Below are positions 10,269 to 19,878 of a stretch of DNA of 64,000 nt, piece by piece. A model generated the notes under the pieces. The model made no database searches. It was not told where the DNA came from and saw nothing but the letters and a program-made list of their open reading frames with translations. The stretch comes from Acidimicrobiia bacterium (lineage in GTDB: Bacteria > Actinomycetota > Acidimicrobiia > Spongiisociales > ZC4RG35). Location: positions 1,760,001-1,824,000 of the forward strand of contig CBDBCY010000004.1 of NCBI GenBank assembly GCA_965203555.1, in the 5' to 3' direction. Made by a program: the position numbers and the translations under genes. Numbering within the stretch: the stretch's first letter is position 1; every line of letters begins with the position of its first letter.

Positions 10269-12651
10269 ATGGGCAGCAGCAACGCAGATGCGGACTCAAC
10301 AGCCTACGCGGCAGCAGCGCAATGGGTAGATCGCGCACTGAGGAACAACGACTCGCTCTTCACACCCGGCAAACCGATCTGGTCAAGCCGGTGGCTGCGA
10401 GAACTTCGAGACCGGTACTTGGACCAACCGGATGAGTCCAACGAGAACTTTTACACAAAACTGAAGCGACAGTTATCAGGCAGCCCAGCAGAGGTCTACC
10501 AGTTGATGGCCGAAATGCTGTATGTTCACTTTCTGATCGTCTGGCATGCCTCGATGGGCGCTGCCAAGAAGGAAAGCCAGATACGCCAAGTGCTCGGATG
10601 GTCGAATCGGCAGATAGCTATTCCCCAGAACCTCGTCGCCGCTTTGACTACCGGTATAGCCCGCCCTGGCAGAGCATTTTTCCAGCTCCGACCGTATCAG
10701 GTGGGTTTTCTGATCGAGTTTGCGGAGCGATGGAAGCAAAAGACAACCCAGCGGCAAGCCCAATTGCTCACCGACCCCTGGGCATTCAAAGCGTTGGCAC
10801 ATTTCGAGCCCACCGGCAAGCTGTACGACGGTAAAGGTGTTGGGAACTATCGCATCCAGCGCACCGCTCTTCTCCATCTTGTCTTTCCGCGAACCTTCGA
10901 GAAGATCCTTTCCGTAACGCAGAAAGACAACATCACCAAGACCTTTGCGAAGATGGTCACCGAACCTGACCGGGATGTCGACCGGCAACTGGTGCAGATT
11001 CGCCGAGGCCTGAAATCCCAACTAGGGAGAGACTTCGACTTCTATGCCGACGAAATCCGTGCGAAGTGGGATCCGCATTTCAAAAGCAAATGGGACGAGT
11101 TCGTTCGCCAGGCACAGGCGTTTGTCGAAATAGGACAACTGGACAGCGAAGAGAACGACTACAAGAAAGAGATCGGGAAAAAACTCGCCGCCGCGCGAGG
11201 CGCCGTGCTCGCTGAGGCCGACGACTGGGCTGAACTGGTTAAGGGCGGAATGACCGGCAACCTTGTCTTTTCGATAACGCTCGCCAAGCTCCGTGACTGG
11301 GTAAACCAATCTCCCGATGAGGCTCTCCGGGCCTTGCAGGTTCTGTGGAAACCGGATCACTCATCGATCTCGGAACGAATCCGGGCGTTCGCCGGGCTTT
11401 TCCCGAAATCGGCGATAGACAGCGGAGGAGCAGGAACTCGCATGAACGTGACGTCTCTATTCCTCATGGGACTGGATGTCGAGAGGTACCCACCCTTCAG
11501 GATCACTCTATTCGACAAGGCCTACGACCAGACGGGTTTCCATAAACCAGCCAAGGATGCGGACGAGGCATCTTTGTATGGGCACGCCCTCTCCTTTCTC
11601 GATCTATTCATCGAGGAATCGGCGCGACGGGGCCTTACGCTACGGCACCGTCTCGATGGGCAATCTGCGATATGGGCAATCTTGCAGAACGGCACCGGGA
11701 GTCGCAAGGAAGAGACTGTCACCGCCCCACTGCCGGATCCGCTCCGGGAACTGGCTGATGAGACGCTACTCACCTGTGAATTCCTCAAGGACATCAAGAC
11801 ACTGATCCAAGAGAAGAGGCAGGTCATCTTTCAGGGACCGCCGGGGACCGGAAAGACCTACGTTGCCCAGAAGCTTGCTGCATGCCTGGCGGGGTCAGAA
11901 GAGCGGGTCACGCTGGTTCAGTTCCATCCGTCCTACGCCTACGAGGACTTTGTGCAGGGTTTCCGTCCCACGCTCACCGGCGGCGGACAGCCCGGATTCA
12001 AGCTCACCGAGGGACCGCTCCTGACCGCGGCGAAAGGTGCCCGAGAAGAGGAGGATGGAGATCACTTCCTGGTCATAGACGAGATCAACCGGGGTAACCT
12101 CGCCAAGGTTCTCGGAGAGTTGTACTTCCTGCTTGAATATCGTGATCGGAAGATGCGGCTTCAGTACCAGGCCGAAGATGACGAGGACTTCTCGCTGCCC
12201 GAGAATCTGTACATCATCGGGACCATGAACACCGCCGACCGTTCCATCGCTCTGGTGGACCTTTGCCCTGCGCCGCCGGTTCCACTTTGTGGAGTTTCAT
12301 CCCGACCATGAACCGATCAAAGGCCTGCTCCGCCGGTGGCTGGGTAGGAACGCGCCGGGCATGGAGTGGGTGGCGGATGTCGTGGAACAGGCCAACCTGA
12401 AGCTGGCAGACCGGCACGTCGCCATTGGCCCGAGTTACTTCATGGTGAAGAACAGCGTTCTCGACCAGGCCACGGTCGAGCGCATTTGGAAACACAACGT
12501 TCTGCCCTACATCGAAGAGCACCTGTTCGGGAATCCAGACGGGTTGGACGAATGGAATCTCGACGCCCTGATGAAGCAGGTGAAAGCCTCGGGTCATGGG
12601 AGCGCCACCGCAGAGGAAAGTGCTGACAAAGCAACCGATGCGTCGGATTGA
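10269..12651 (+). CDS. mcrB: McrB-family AAA+ GTPase of a type IV restriction system (one frameshift at ~12262)
   Basis: GPPGTGKT, QFHPSYAYEDF, IDEINRGN, GTMNTADRSIALVD; removing one T in GACCTTTGCC restores LALRRRFHFVEF and joins ORF 12289..12651. Confidence 0.9.
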
Positions 12652-13858
12652 CCTGAGGGAGTACCGCCGGAGCGAAGTCTCCCACACCCTTTCCGTCTAC
12701 GAGCGCCACGAGTTGCGGGAAAGGTTGTCGGTCACCATCGACCCTTCCGATCAGGATGCTTCTTACCACCTGACACCCGGCTCTACGGTGGGTGCGGTGG
12801 AGATCGGTGATCTCTCGGTGCTCATCGAGCCCAAGGTCGGGATTCCCCGACTGCTTTCGCTGGCCTGCTACGCCATGGGCGAGTTCAAGCCTCAGAACCT
12901 GGACTTCGACTTCGGAGAGGACGAGGCCCTGCCGGACGTCCTGACGCTTTCCCTGGCGGCCGCATCCCGCCGGGCGTTCCGGAGGGGCTTGCTTCATGGA
13001 TACCGCACCGAGGAGGAGAGGCTCTACGGAATCCGGGGGCGAATCAGGTTCGACGATCAGCTCCGCCGCAGGTTCGGAGTAGCCATACCGGTGGAAGTGC
13101 GTTACGACGACTTCACCGACGACATCCTCGCCAACCGGCTGGTGAAGGCGGCGGTGGCGCGACTCAGCCGGATGCGCCTGCGTTCAAGGGAGGCGCGCCG
13201 TCAACTCGGCTGGGTGGCGGGAATGCTGAGCCGGATTTCTCTGATCGAGTTTTCGCCCGGCAAGACGCCCGAGATCGGTTTCGACCGGTTGAACAAGCAC
13301 TACCGGGGAGTAGTGGCGTTGGCTCGGCTCATCCTACGGCACAGCGAATACCAGTCGACCCGTGGCGACATACGCGCCCGCGGGTTCTTGGTGGATATGA
13401 ACAAGCTCTTTCAGGAGTTCCTCACCCGAGCGCTCCGTGAGACATTGAGAATCTCTCCGCGCATCTTTCGTTCGGACCGCGGCCTGCCCGCCGTCACTCT
13501 GGACGAGGCGGGCCAAGTAAAGCTGCAACCCGATCTCTCATGGTGGGAGAGCGGAGAGTGCACATTCGTGGGCGACGCCAAATACAAGCGAGTCTCTGAT
13601 GAGCGAGTGTCCAACGCCGACCTGTACCAGTTGCTGGCGTACGCCACCGCCCTCGATTTGCCGGGAGGGATGCTGATTTACGCCAAAGGCGAGGCCGACC
13701 CGATCATCCACCAGGTCCGGCATTCCGGCAAACGGCTGGAGGTGGCCGCACTTGACCTGTCCCGCTCATTTGACGATATCCTCAACCAGGTGGAAGACTT
13801 GGCGGACCGGGTAAAACGGTTGCGCAACGCTGCCGGACGCCTCAGCAAGGCCACGTGA
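12638..13858 (+). CDS. mcrC: McrC-family PD-(D/E)xK restriction subunit
   Basis: Overlaps mcrB end; DMNKLFQEF, LQPDL, DAKYK, DLYQLLAYA. Confidence 0.92.
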   Translation: MRRIDLREYRRSEVSHTLSVYERHELRERLSVTIDPSDQDASYHLTPGSTVGAVEIGDLSVLIEPKVGIPRLLSLACYAMGEFKPQNLDFDFGEDEALPDVLTLSLAAASRRAFRRGLLHGYRTEEERLYGIRGRIRFDDQLRRRFGVAIPVEVRYDDFTDDILANRLVKAAVARLSRMRLRSREARRQLGWVAGMLSRISLIEFSPGKTPEIGFDRLNKHYRGVVALARLILRHSEYQSTRGDIRARGFLVDMNKLFQEFLTRALRETLRISPRIFRSDRGLPAVTLDEAGQVKLQPDLSWWESGECTFVGDAKYKRVSDERVSNADLYQLLAYATALDLPGGMLIYAKGEADPIIHQVRHSGKRLEVAALDLSRSFDDILNQVEDLADRVKRLRNAAGRLSKAT

Positions 13859-13874
13859 GATACTGACCAGCCTC

Positions 13875-15056
13875 CTAATTCACCTCCGCCACTGCTGGAG
13901 GGAAGGCCCTGATGATCTTGTCGTTCACCCTCCATCCTTTGGGACTCTTTGTTACTAATCCAACACTGCGGAGCCTGTTGAGATCACGGCTCAAGGTCCT
14001 GGGTCCCCTACTTGCGTACAGACGTGCGAGTTTCGAGCTTAGCTCGGGCAATTCTCTGTTGGGGGTGTCGATGCCGGAAGGCATGGCGAGCACGAGTGTT
14101 CTCTGGCGGTCTCTCGCTGGACTCGAAGGGAACTGCCTCATCGTCTCATGGACGAAGTTGATCCAGGTCACGCTGAAGTGCTGTTGCAGCACCAACTCGA
14201 TATGATCTCGAATACCGTCCACCAGACCCTGGATGGCGTAGGCCAGGAATCCGGCGGTCTCGCCGGTCCGGCTGGCTTTGGCCAGTTGGCGGTAGTACCG
14301 GTCTCGTGTCAGGTTGTAGTGATTCGACAATAGGTGGGCGGCGGGGAGAGGGACCATCCCGCACCTTGCGAGGATCAAGAATTCCAGTAGCCTTGCCGTC
14401 CGCCCGTTTCCGTCGCCGAAGGGATGTATCCAAGCGAGGTAGAGATGAGCATAGATCGCACAGGCCACGGCCAAGGCGAACCGTATCTCGGTGTCCTCCG
14501 ACCGGAAGGTGTCGCTCTCCAGCCATTCGGCCAGCCGATCAACCAGGTACCGGCAGTCTTGGACCGGAGCACCCTGATAGGCCAGAACGCCGGCCGGGTA
14601 GTCACGTATCTGTCCGGGTACTACGTACGATTCGTATTCGGTTCCCTCCAAGACTTGGCGGTTGAACTCACAAATCAAGTCCCCTGTGATAACAGGTGAC
14701 TCACCCTGCATCGCATCCTCAGCGATGGCTTGCAGCGCTTCAAGGACATTCTTTACTTCCCTCTCCTGATAGGCGCGGGAGGGAGGTGCGCTGAAGGTCC
14801 CGCGGAGGATGCCGGCTACCTGGTCCTCGGTGAGAGTGTTTCCCTCAATAGCCGTCGTTGCCTGTGCGCCTTTGATCAGAGCGACTTCATAGAAGCGACG
14901 GGCTGCTTCAGGTCGTAACGGAGTCCCGGCAAGATATTCGCACATGGACCGCGCCTCGCCCAACAGCATCCAGATCCTGGGGCCGAGCGAGTTGATATCG
15001 GTGGCCATGAAGGTGATCCATGGATGGGATTTCAGATAGGAGCACACAGGCATCAC
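13875..15056 (-). CDS. Fic family protein (N-terminal inhibitory motif, C-terminal wHTH)
   Basis: HPFGDGNGRTAR; TTAIEGN inhibitory motif; RTLSRDLNRL wHTH. Confidence 0.92.
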   Translation of the reverse strand: MMPVCSYLKSHPWITFMATDINSLGPRIWMLLGEARSMCEYLAGTPLRPEAARRFYEVALIKGAQATTAIEGNTLTEDQVAGILRGTFSAPPSRAYQEREVKNVLEALQAIAEDAMQGESPVITGDLICEFNRQVLEGTEYESYVVPGQIRDYPAGVLAYQGAPVQDCRYLVDRLAEWLESDTFRSEDTEIRFALAVACAIYAHLYLAWIHPFGDGNGRTARLLEFLILARCGMVPLPAAHLLSNHYNLTRDRYYRQLAKASRTGETAGFLAYAIQGLVDGIRDHIELVLQQHFSVTWINFVHETMRQFPSSPARDRQRTLVLAMPSGIDTPNRELPELSSKLARLYASRGPRTLSRDLNRLRSVGLVTKSPKGWRVNDKIIRAFPPAVAEVN

Positions 15057-15144
15057 TTTACTATCGATATAGGATTTTGACCATGCCAGTGTCCATTATG
15101 TTGTCCACCGACGTCGACGGTCGAGATATTGCGGATTCCGCCTC

Positions 15145-15549
15145 ATGCATCTGGCTTTTTCCCGGCGAAGCCCCAATCTGTGCCACAACCACCGCGATCG
15201 TCTTAGGGTTGGTTCCATGGAGAGAGCGCACATCGGAGGACGGCCTGCCGAACAGAAGGTGTCCCGGAAGGCTCGGGATGAGCGGATGGGGTGGGAGATG
15301 GCTGATCTGATCGACAAGGACGGCCCCTACGATCCCCACGACACGACCTTTGCAGTCGGGCACTACGTCGAGGACCGGTTGGTCTGGTTCGACTTCCTGA
15401 CGGCCACTGTTGACGACATAATGAGAGAGTGCGCTATCCCTCCCCAAGAGCGGGAGCATGTGAAGAAACGCAACAAACTTTCTGCCCAGCGTTTCAAGGA
15501 GTTCTACCGAGGTACGCTGACCGGGCCCGTACCTCTGCTGGGCGAGTAA
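15145..15549 (+). CDS. Hypothetical protein (start uncertain, possibly a fragment)
   Basis: Protein-like C-terminal ~90 aa (MGWEMADLIDK...); no motif recognised. Confidence 0.4.
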   Translation: MHLAFSRRSPNLCHNHRDRLRVGSMERAHIGGRPAEQKVSRKARDERMGWEMADLIDKDGPYDPHDTTFAVGHYVEDRLVWFDFLTATVDDIMRECAIPPQEREHVKKRNKLSAQRFKEFYRGTLTGPVPLLGE

Positions 15550-15644
15550 GTCATAACCTCCGTATCCGTACTGGCCCGCCCGCGACGTTGACCTGTATCT
15601 CCTGGGTAGCGTGTCCGCCACGGCACCCAAGATAAAGATACATC

Positions 15645-16036
15645 ATGTATAGACAGTTCCTGTTACATCTGGGGGCGTTGCGCTAAGGAGGCCCGAGTTA
15701 AGGTAAAGGTGGAGAGCAAGGATCAGTTTCTTCTTCAACCCGGGCGGGATTGGCCGGAACCGTTTCGATTTGAAATCCGAGGGATTCCAGATGGCGGACT
15801 ACCGTGGCTTTGCCACCAGAAAACTCCTCTGAACGGAGGGGACCGAGATCCGGCTGATCATACTGATGAGCAACACCGACGATAGCCTTAGAGTCATAAC
15901 AACGACCTTCGTGCAAGAGAAAGTAGCGGCGGGCCTTCCCGTAGCCATACTTTTCAAGAAAGGCTTTCCTGCCCAGTCCGTCGAATTCTGCCAAAGACAG
16001 TGTTACGCCTCTACGTGTCACCTCATCGAAAGCCAC
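15645..16036 (-). pseudogene. Truncated McrA-like modification-dependent HNH nuclease (N-terminal head only)
   Basis: FDGLGRKAFLEKYGYGKARRYFL..YDSKAIVGVAH..FSGG..LGF, then frameshifted NP..EEE/LILALHLYL; no HNH domain follows. Confidence 0.65.
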
Positions 16037-16107
16037 ACCAGCACCTCCAATACCTGGGACTCACCAAGGTAGTCGACGCAGGTTCGCCTAAGGGGGTCAT
16101 GGGAGAT

Positions 16108-16161
16108 TACGGGGGAGTGCTGGTTGCGAGGAGCTTCCAGTTCGGCTTTCCGGCGTAGAGA
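16108..16161 (-). mobile_element. ISL3-like transposase extreme 3' scar
   Basis: LYAGKPNWKLLATSTPP*, resembling the C-terminus of actinobacterial ISL3 transposases. Confidence 0.45.
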
Positions 16162-16522
16162 GTTGCCCCTGCCACACACCGGCCCGCTCTTCAATAGCCT
16201 GGGGGATGTCGAGGCCGTGATACACAACTGCGAAGTCGAGCAAGGTGGTGTGCCGCCGAACAGTGCGGCGCGGCTCACCTGCTCCGGAGGGGCCGTGAGA
16301 AGATCGCCGCGCCCGACGATCGGAGCGGCGATGTGAGCAATGCGGTTCTATGCCGCCGGGAACCACCACCATCCCAGCCGCGTCGATGACCTGGCATCCA
16401 TCACCCGACAAGACTCCCTGGGCGGTGATGGCCACGATCTTTTCTCCCCTCACCGCCACGTCCCATACTCCGACACCCGTGGGCGTCACGACTGTCCCAC
16501 CCCGAATGATCAGGTCCAGCAC
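16162..16522 (-). pseudogene. Dihydropyrimidinase/amidohydrolase N-terminal fragment
   Basis: LDLIIRGGTVVT..DVAVRGEKI..IDAAGMVVVPGGIEPH, then SRAALFGG/TTLLDF in shifted frames; truncated. Confidence 0.75.
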
Positions 16523-16688
16523 TGCTGATCGAACCCCTAATGAGTGGTGAGAACTAAAGCAGCCGCTGAGGTGGCAGCACTGTTCTGGTCGTCGTGTGTC
16601 ATGATGCCAAGTTTAATTGCGGACCGGCACACCCCTCGAGAAGCGACGCAACGCCCTCCCAACCAGGGGGCTCCGGAGGTCCTGCCAT

Positions 16689-19040
16689 TTAACCAGACCC
16701 TCTCGACGTTGACCCTCCGCCATAAAGCCACGGGCCGATTTGATCCCACGCCAATTCCAGCAGGTTCTTCGTACGTTCTTCGATCACTTCCTTCGTCCAC
16801 TCCTCTACACCGGCCATATTGTTCAGCAGCCTTAGATGCTCCTGTCTTTGAAGTAAGAGTGTTGCCTTCCTACCAAAATCAATGCCTGCCACCCGGGCTG
16901 CTTCAAATAACTGTTCACGCTCTGCTTCTGACCGCGCCGCGAGCGTCCTGTAGAAGAGTCGCTTCTTCTCCCACCCCGCATTTCCGATCGTAGCGTTCTC
17001 GCGCTCCGGCAACAACACCAGGTTTCCCAAGAGTTGGCGGGTATCTGGGTCCTTATAGATGTCCGCTTCCCAGCCTTCTTGAGGCTGCGATGACGGCGCA
17101 ACATGCTCGACGGTCATGTATTTGGAACTAGTCCAAGTGCTGTGATTCATGTAAGCGGTCTCATCGCTGACTATGACACCGTCTCTAGTCAGCCAGCCCT
17201 TTCTCTCTTCGTGATCTCTAGCATGGTGGCTGGCGGCTAGGATGAGAAAACGTTTTAGAGAGCTCGGGCCGAACCTTCCGATTTTGGCAGTTCTCACCGC
17301 ATCAATCCAGGTGTCCCGATCCACGATTTGAAGGGCTTTGGAATCAAGCAGGCCCCGGAACACTGCACGCAAATGCTGAACCCTCAAGAGTTGATTGTTC
17401 TTCCCGACTCCTAAACAGAGGGGAGCGGCACCGGATGCAGTATTCCCCGCCATGACCTCTCGAAGGCACGAATCAATGCCAGCTGTGCCCCCAGTTGCAG
17501 CTCTCCTCAACACAACAAATGCGGTGACCGCCTTTGTCGCTTCCAACAACTGCTTCCCTGAGGACATGAGCCCCTCATGAGCCCAATAGCGGGCAAGGAT
17601 CGGGACAACTAAGGTTGTGCGCATATCCATCAAAAACTTAAGGCACAGTTTCAACATGTCAATGGTTATCTCATCCCAACCTCGTTCGCCCAATGTGGCT
17701 ATCGCTTTGCTGTTCCAGTATTGCGTACGAAAGTTGTTGAGGTCATATAGGGCTGTAACAAACTTCCTGCCAGAATCAGGGCTGCTCCTTTCAGACGCTA
17801 CGAACTGATCTCTCATGTAGCGACGTTGGGTAACCAAGTCGGAGGACATCTTCTGTCCCGTCATATAGAGGGCAAATGCAGTGACCAACTGTTTAACCTC
17901 TCGTTGTCTGGAGGACGCGTCTTCATAAGTAGCCGCGATAGTGTCTTCTATGTCGCCCCAATGCCTTTCGGAATCAGATCCAGCATATCCCTCCATCCGT
18001 TCTTCAAATCGAGCGACCAAAGGCTTACACGTTTCAAGAGCAGTCAGGGGTTCCCCGGTTGTATTGAGGCCATCGAATATGTCGAAGGCATCCTCCTCCT
18101 TTTGGGTTTCAACGCGAGTTAAGAGGACATTCTGCGTAAGATAGGAAGAAAACAGTAGCAGTCGAATAAATGCTTGTGAACTCGGCCCGTCTATGACAAC
18201 CATGCAGCAGCTATGTTGCATGGCATCCCTGTATTTCGCCAACCGAATAAACAATGACCGACAAGGGTACTCGAAGAAAAGGCCACTATCCACGATAGAG
18301 ATGTCTTCATGGGAGTCACCACCCTTTGAATCCTCCATTGTGTCAATAAGGTATTGATATAACATCTCCTTGATGTATTCGTAGATGCGCCGGACGTGAC
18401 TTCTAGCCGCGTCGTTACGCTCGGTATCACTCACTGGCATAGCGACATCTTCCCGTTCGTTAGAGAACCCGGCAATAAACATCGCTACAGGAGAACTGTA
18501 TGTCGCGTCTTGTCGCGAGGGCGCACGCACATCGGAGGACCGGATGATACGCGGATATGGGAAATAGTCAGCGAGCTTAATTAGGCGACCCACAGCGCAC
18601 TGATAGAGCAGCCACTGTTGCTCCTCAGCTTCTGCCTGAACCCACGCCTTGGTGTGACAGCACAGGGATGTCATTTGGCCGCGATTGTCTGCAAGGAGAT
18701 CAAATAATGCGCAAGCGACCAGGGTTAGAGATGTCAGCCGCTGCTGTCCGTCCACTATGTCAAGTGACATCCCTTCAAACGTTCGCTCTCCTTCCGTGGC
18801 CGCTAGAATTATGGAACCAAGGTACGTATAGGCTGAATCATCAACCGGGCTGTTGCAATGCCGATGGAACCCGCGAAGACAATCACCTAGAAGACGGGAT
18901 AGATGCATCCGGTCCCAATGATATGGTCGCTGGTAGATAGGTACTCTGTAACCGACATTGCCATTGTGGGAGTTCATCGTCTCCCAGAAGCTACCGGTCG
19001 TAGCTTTGAATAATTCTCTTCCTAGGGTTCGCATCGTCAA
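16689..19040 (-). CDS. sspE: SspE-like restriction protein: DUF262 NTPase + DUF1524 HNH nuclease
   Basis: 783 aa; VPIYQRPYHW, DGQQR, FDGLNTTG, EHVAP, LGNLVLL..N; downstream of sspABCD on the same strand. Confidence 0.8.
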   Translation of the reverse strand: MTMRTLGRELFKATTGSFWETMNSHNGNVGYRVPIYQRPYHWDRMHLSRLLGDCLRGFHRHCNSPVDDSAYTYLGSIILAATEGERTFEGMSLDIVDGQQRLTSLTLVACALFDLLADNRGQMTSLCCHTKAWVQAEAEEQQWLLYQCAVGRLIKLADYFPYPRIIRSSDVRAPSRQDATYSSPVAMFIAGFSNEREDVAMPVSDTERNDAARSHVRRIYEYIKEMLYQYLIDTMEDSKGGDSHEDISIVDSGLFFEYPCRSLFIRLAKYRDAMQHSCCMVVIDGPSSQAFIRLLLFSSYLTQNVLLTRVETQKEEDAFDIFDGLNTTGEPLTALETCKPLVARFEERMEGYAGSDSERHWGDIEDTIAATYEDASSRQREVKQLVTAFALYMTGQKMSSDLVTQRRYMRDQFVASERSSPDSGRKFVTALYDLNNFRTQYWNSKAIATLGERGWDEITIDMLKLCLKFLMDMRTTLVVPILARYWAHEGLMSSGKQLLEATKAVTAFVVLRRAATGGTAGIDSCLREVMAGNTASGAAPLCLGVGKNNQLLRVQHLRAVFRGLLDSKALQIVDRDTWIDAVRTAKIGRFGPSSLKRFLILAASHHARDHEERKGWLTRDGVIVSDETAYMNHSTWTSSKYMTVEHVAPSSQPQEGWEADIYKDPDTRQLLGNLVLLPERENATIGNAGWEKKRLFYRTLAARSEAEREQLFEAARVAGIDFGRKATLLLQRQEHLRLLNNMAGVEEWTKEVIEERTKNLLELAWDQIGPWLYGGGSTSRGSG

Positions 19041-19411
19041 TAAGGGTACCCTGCACGGCAGGGCTGATTGGGTAGCTTGTTGAGTTGTCCGGTGAAGGCC
19101 GCAGGACAGCCTGCGGAAGTAGGCGTTGCCGGAACCCTAAGACGGCGTTGCACCTTAACACCACCTCTTCCGACCGCATCTAGGCCTTCCATCACCCTTC
19201 AGACCCTACCCCTGCAACCCGCTCTACCCAGGCACTTCCCTAGACCGGTGCAGACAGATACGTAGGCACTGCCAGAGTTGTCCCCATCGGAGCCGATCTC
19301 CCAAAGAACAATGTGGGGCACTTTGAGCAGTTCTCGTGGAATTCTCTGTTGATCAGCGCTGGCCGCGGCCTTCGATCGCGGGCTATTGGGCTTGTCTATC
19401 ACACGTTGTCT

Positions 19412-19876
19412 TTAGGTGGAGAGCATCTTTACTAGCCCACGGGCGAGATTCTGGAGGGCTGGAAGGTGGCCGGCTTCCATCATGTCCTTGACCAGTGGAA
19501 TTCCGCCCGCCGCGTATCCCTCTGCAATGTTTAAGACCTTACGCGGGTCTGCCACAACGAAGGGATCACCTGTATGCGCTATGGCTATCAGCAGGAGGAA
19601 CTCGATAGCAGCGAGGTCTCGCTGGAAGACTACGCCGGTGATGAAATCGTAACGGTCGGCGGCGTCGAAGGGCATGAATTGACGTTGTGATGCGCCTACC
19701 GCTGCAGCCAGAAGCCAAAAGTCGATGTAGCGAGTGAACGGAGCCTCCTCAATGCTCTTGCGTCTGCCACCTGTCGTGGCAAAGGTTGTGCTGTAGAGGT
19801 TCAGATCCTCCCGGTAGGCTCCAGGGATGTGGATGGAAAGGGGCGCAAATGGGTTGAAATCTCGGGATAGTGCCAT
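19412..19876 (-). CDS. Dnd-system-associated protein 4 / DndE-like protein
   Basis: PFTRYIDFWLLAAAVG and AEGYAAGG resemble the F..Y.D..AAA.G / EEYANGG motifs of dnd-associated protein 4; 2 bp after the ATPase stop. Confidence 0.6.
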   Translation of the reverse strand: MALSRDFNPFAPLSIHIPGAYREDLNLYSTTFATTGGRRKSIEEAPFTRYIDFWLLAAAVGASQRQFMPFDAADRYDFITGVVFQRDLAAIEFLLLIAIAHTGDPFVVADPRKVLNIAEGYAAGGIPLVKDMMEAGHLPALQNLARGLVKMLST

Positions 19877-19878
19877 GT

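Noticed and set aside
12250-12290. Programmed frameshift in mcrB
   Set aside because: No slippery heptamer; one extra T splits the conserved D.ALRRRF motif, and similar indels occur elsewhere in the window
16689-19040. Stand-alone GmrSD type IV enzyme
   Set aside because: Same domain pair, but size and position downstream of sspABCD favour SspE; not fully excluded without an HMM search
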